A stretch of 64,000 nt of DNA from Gracilinanus agilis. Lineage: Eukaryota. Position numbers and translations under genes: made by a program. Shown here piece after piece: positions 59,489 to 64,000 of this stretch. The notes beneath the pieces were generated by a model. That model had not been told where the DNA came from, searched no databases, and worked only from the letters and a program-made list of their open reading frames with translations. Where the stretch lies: NCBI RefSeq assembly GCF_016433145.1, contig NC_058130.1:39031581-39095580 (forward strand). The letters run 5' to 3'. Each line of letters starts with the position of its first letter. Position 1 is the stretch's first letter.

Positions 59489-60479
59489 AAGGAAACCTTA
59501 AGTGGGATCACAAAGAATGGGACATGACTGAAAAACAATACTTTTGAATAGGAAACACTTCTATAACATTCCCAAGCATTTTGTTGAACCTACCCTTAAA
59601 AACCATTTATTCCTTGATACCTATCCATGCTAGTCCTATTCCCCCAGCATCTGTAATATACCTTTTTTTCTGCACCCCTTGTTCTTTTGTTAACAAACTG
59701 CCTCAAATATTAAGGCTTTACTGTCCTCCTTGAAATTGCTTTCTGTGTGTATGTATGCATATACATGTTATCTACACATGTATTTTTGTATACATGTTAC
59801 TAAGGTCACTATTTCTCAGTTACTCTGGAAGGAGCATGTAAACTTGTTCTTTGTTGGACAAGTCACAATTTAGAAAACTAAATATTAAATAAAACTATAA
59901 TTATCAAAATTAAGTTAATATTTATAGATGATATCTAAACTGTTTCATTCTAAGTGTCCTACTTCCTCCCTCCTCTTTTTTTGCCACTGTGAAACTATCA
60001 CTAATCAAGAAGAGAGGAGTTGTATAGAGTTGATATCCATTTTATGATTTTTTGGTTTCATGGTCACAGAATTATCACTTAGTGGTCACCATGTTGGTGC
60101 TAAGTCATAAGATCATAAAACTAGAAGGAATCTCAGAGATCATGTCTTCTAGTCTCTACATCCCCTTTTATAGATGAAACTAAGGCCCAGGGAAGTTAGG
60201 CGACTTGCTCAAAGTTATATAAGTGACTTGCTCAAGGTCACATAGGCAATGGCCATTGGACACTGAACATAAGTCTTCTGACTCTAGATCCAACACTATT
60301 TCTTGTTTTATTTTGCTTTATTTTATCTCCCTATGCTTAAACCATTTGGCCTTTAGGCAGCAAAGGCTGCGTCCAGAACCAGTAGGATCAGTATAGGTCA
60401 GCCCATACTATATGTTATGAACCTGCTGGAGTTTATCCTCCTTTGGTGTGGCCTTTAAGAACTAAAATGAGGTTCTGGC

Positions 60480-62100
60480 ATAGAATTTTAGGGAACAAGT
60501 ATCAAAAGAAAACAGAGGAATAAAAACTTATGGGCTGCTAGATCTTGGAAGTTAGAGAGAGAAAATGAAACCACACATTTCAAAAAAGGGAAGAGAGCAG
60601 TTTTCTAATTATAGGCTAGTGAGTCTGACTTCAATTCCTGGGAAAATCCTTGGACAGATTATTAAAGTGATGGTTGTCCAGGAGAACATTGTACACAGAG
60701 ACTGATACATTATGGCACAATTGAATGTAATAGACTTTTCTACTAGCAGCAATGCAAGGATCCAGGGCAATCCAGAGGAACTTATGAGAAAGATGCTATC
60801 CACATCCAGAGAAAGAACTGTGGAAGCAGAAAAACAAAAGAAAAGCATAGGTTCGATCATATGGTTTAATGGGGATATGATTAGGGTTTTGATGTTAAAA
60901 GATCACTCTATTGCAAATATGAATAACACGGAAATAAGTTTTGAACAACGATAGATATGTAACCCAGTGGAATTGCTTGTTAGCTCCAGGAGAGGGAAGG
61001 GAAGAGGAGTGGGAAAAATCATGAATCACGTAACCATAGAAAATATTCTAAATAAAAAAAAAAAGAAATGGTTGTCGAGCATTTAGGAAGAGAATCATTG
61101 ATTACAAGCCAACATATAGCTCCATCAAGAACAAACTGTGCCACACTAACCTGATTTCCTATTGTCATAGGATTACTGAACTAGTCAATGAAAGCAATAC
61201 AGCAAATGTAGTTTACCTAGATTTTAGCAAAATTTTTGGTAAAATATTTCTATCTATTTTTCTGAAGGCGATGGAGAGAGATGGATTAGACTAGGTGTCT
61301 ATAAATTATTACTCACAGGTTGAATTCAGCCCACTTGACTGTATAATATTTGGCCACAGTTTGTAGCCTGCCAGCTCCTTGACTGGGCAATAATACAGTC
61401 AGAGGGACTGAAAACTGGTTAAATGACTGGCTCCAAATAGTAGTTGTTAAAGATTTATTAACAAAAATGGTAGAAGGTTTAAAAAGGAATATTATGCTTG
61501 GTCCTGTACTGTTTGACATTTTTACCTATTGTGAAATGCAAAGATTTTATGTTCATCAAATTTATGGATGACACAAAACAGGGAGAGATATTGACATAGT
61601 GGCTGACAGAGTCAAAATTCAAAATCATTTTCACAAGCTGGATCCCAGGCCTGAAGGAGATGAAACTCAATGGAGATAAATGTAATGTCTTCCACTTGGA
61701 CATAAAATATCTGATTCACAAGCCTAAGACAGGGGGAGCTATGGATAGAGTGTTGTTGTTTTGGAAAAGGCTCTTGGGGGATATAACAAATTCAATATGA
61801 ATTCCTGTCCTTCTTTGTGTCCAGTTCTATAAACAACACTTTAAGGTAAGCTAGTTCAAGGATCAGCAAAATATAGCCTCTAGTAATTTGGTCCCCACCC
61901 ATTTTATATTTTAAAATGAAGTGTTATTGTATTTTAAAACCATCCTTAACATGGGCCATAGCTAATCCATTAGTGTCCAAATGGGCAAAAAGAATGAGAA
62001 ATGTTAAGTTCATGACATATAAGAATCAGTTGAAGTAGATAGAAGGAGCTAGATATTCCAATTGGAGTAAGGAAACTTTAGTTATCTTTGAATGCAACAA
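60480..62100 (+). mobile_element. CR1/L3 RT fragment interrupted by L1
   Basis: aattataggctagtgagtctgacttcaattcctgggaaaat (NYRLVSLTSIPGK), gtttacctagattttagcaaa (VYLDFSK), ttcatcaaatttatggatgacacaaaac (KFMDDTK). Confidence 0.85.
60679..61067 (+). mobile_element. L1 3' UTR fragment nested in CR1
   Basis: ccaggagaacattgtacacagag...tctaaataaaaaaaa; TSD atggttgtc at 60670-60678 and 61068-61076. Confidence 0.9.
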
Positions 62101-64000
62101 TCATCAATGGGTCAAATCAGGCTAAGCATAGGGATTTGTAGATTTCCTTGGAAGTCAGAAGCTTCACTCATGGATATTTAGCTGTCTCTTCTGTTAGATC
62201 CTTCTGATCCTCAGGATGATAGAGTCAAATCTAACCCTTCTTCATGGGATATGAGACCAGAGTTCAATGACTGTAAATACATCAAATGAAAAGTTTGAGG
62301 GAAATTGGAGGGGATATGTGGTCCTAGACTTTGAGGAAACCAGAGAGGGATTAGTCTGAAATGAAGTTCTTTTTTTCCTGAAGAAAAGTCAAAGTAACCT
62401 GACCAAATGGGAAATATGATTGAAGCCAGTTAAGAAGATCCCAATGACTGGGGAGAGGAACCTGTATGCGTGTTGGCCAATGTCTTAAAGGAACCTAAGT
62501 GGAATCATCTAGGAACATGGCAAAGAGTGAAGCTCTGGGTGAGAGCAAATTAAACACAGACGGCAACCATTCATTTCAATGGCAACTTTCCACAACCCAT
62601 GAAGCTCTGTTGTTACTTGCAAAGTGGCCTCTCTATAGTTTGTGAATGGTTTTCCTGTAGAATTAGGGCTCATTATGAGACAATGTCTCTACTTTTGTTT
62701 CAGGCATGCATGAATAACTTATGATAGTTAATAAAATCCAGACATCCACTCATTGGGAATGCTCTCATTAATTTTGTGGAAGTTCTTTTTCTACAATGGC
62801 AAATCAGGGAGGGCATACAGGCTGCACAGTGTTTTCCTCTCCAGAAGTGCTCTGTTTGCTTCTAAAATGAAAGAAACCTGGCTCACTGTTATTTAATTAG
62901 TATGAGGAACTTCTGGTGTGGAAGTTCCCTTCTTTGATACAGACTCATAGTAACATAGTAGTATTGCTGAAAGGGACCTTCAAGTTCATTCACCTTTATT
63001 TTTCAATTTATAGTCTTAGAGGATTTCCTGGAGCACTGAACGATTATGATAATGCATAGTTTCTTTGTGCCAATGGCAGAACATGAACCCAGGTCTACTT
63101 GACTCCAACTATACCTTGGTGCTATTATGCTTTAGCATGTCAAAGTATTAGTTGTTTTTTAAAAAACAGAAACAAAACGCTTCCTCCCCTTTTTAACTTT
63201 TCAGAAGAAAATATGAAAAAATATAAAAATTTAGTAAAAAAGAGATATTAAACTATTATAGAAAAGATGTTTTCCGTTCACCTCCCTTTCTGCCCCCCCC
63301 AACCCCACCATGCTCTCTGCTCTTTGTTTTCTAGTAGAACCAATTTAAAATCTTGCCCTATGGCTGAGAGCTGAGAAGGCAGCACAGAAGGAAACTGGAG
63401 GGTGAGAACACAGTGCTCCAGGCATCTGTATCTTCATTCATAGCAGGGAAGGTCTATGAGGAAGAAGATTAAAAAAGGATTGACATTTCTTTCTTCAAAA
63501 GATGGTTCCTCCTCACAGATATCTGTAAAGCCACATTTGGGAGAAGACACAACTGCAAACTGAGGTTTCTTCCCCTACAAAATCAGAAGAAACAAACAAT
63601 TTAGAAAAATAAAAAGGGATTTTATTTATTTCCTTTCGAACCCAGGGTAACCCTTTCTCTTCCAAGGAACATGCAAAGTCAAGACATGATTGCCCTTCTG
63701 AGATATTTAAGCTCTCCTACTAATTGAATCCCCATCTTTCCTCTGCCTGCCAGCAATGGGTTCAATATTTCTGGCCAGGTGTGTGTATATGGTCCACCAT
63801 GGCTAGACAAACCAAAATTATGGCTGATTTTGTTTAAATGTTGGAAGCCTCAACAAAGTTGTGCTAACAATGGAAACTGTGCTCCCTAGAGAGATCTGCA
63901 AGGGAGGAATGTGAGAGGGAGATCTCATGGTTCTATTCATTTTCTTGTTCCTTCTAGTATCATTATTACTCTAGCAAACAGTGACTATTACTACTACTAC

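Noticed and set aside
1-64000. CRISPR arrays, operons, prokaryotic or viral systems, intact transposase or ERV genes
   Set aside because: There are no regularly spaced direct repeats with unique spacers and no long intact ORFs. The sequence is marsupial nuclear DNA dominated by fossil repeats.

Overview
Eukaryotic, AT-rich, strongly CpG-depleted and repeat-dense DNA that is almost certainly marsupial. It is most like the opossum Monodelphis domestica, given several SINE1_Mdo-type copies plus MAR1, MIR/MIR3, L2, CR1/L3, L1 and two RTE-clade LINE families. I recognise no protein-coding gene, and nearly all listed ORFs are chance, antisense-to-repeat or microsatellite frames. The window reads as intergenic or deep intronic. 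It contains a 336-nt assembly gap inside a (CT)n tract. Best-supported notable items: a 92-bp, 88/92 inverted repeat built on two head-to-head MIR heads plus shared unique sequence (15390-15642); three hAT MITEs with intact TIRs, one inside a MAR1>L1>hAT triple nest; a decayed 7SL-derived retrocopy; a near-full-length decayed RTE with a C-terminal C2H2 finger relic; and several CpG-retaining, repeat-free segments that may be exons or enhancers. Repeat family names come from my recall of consensus sequences, not from a search. Boundaries of old repeats are approximate (about 10-50 bp). TSD, TIR and inverted-repeat coordinates were counted directly.
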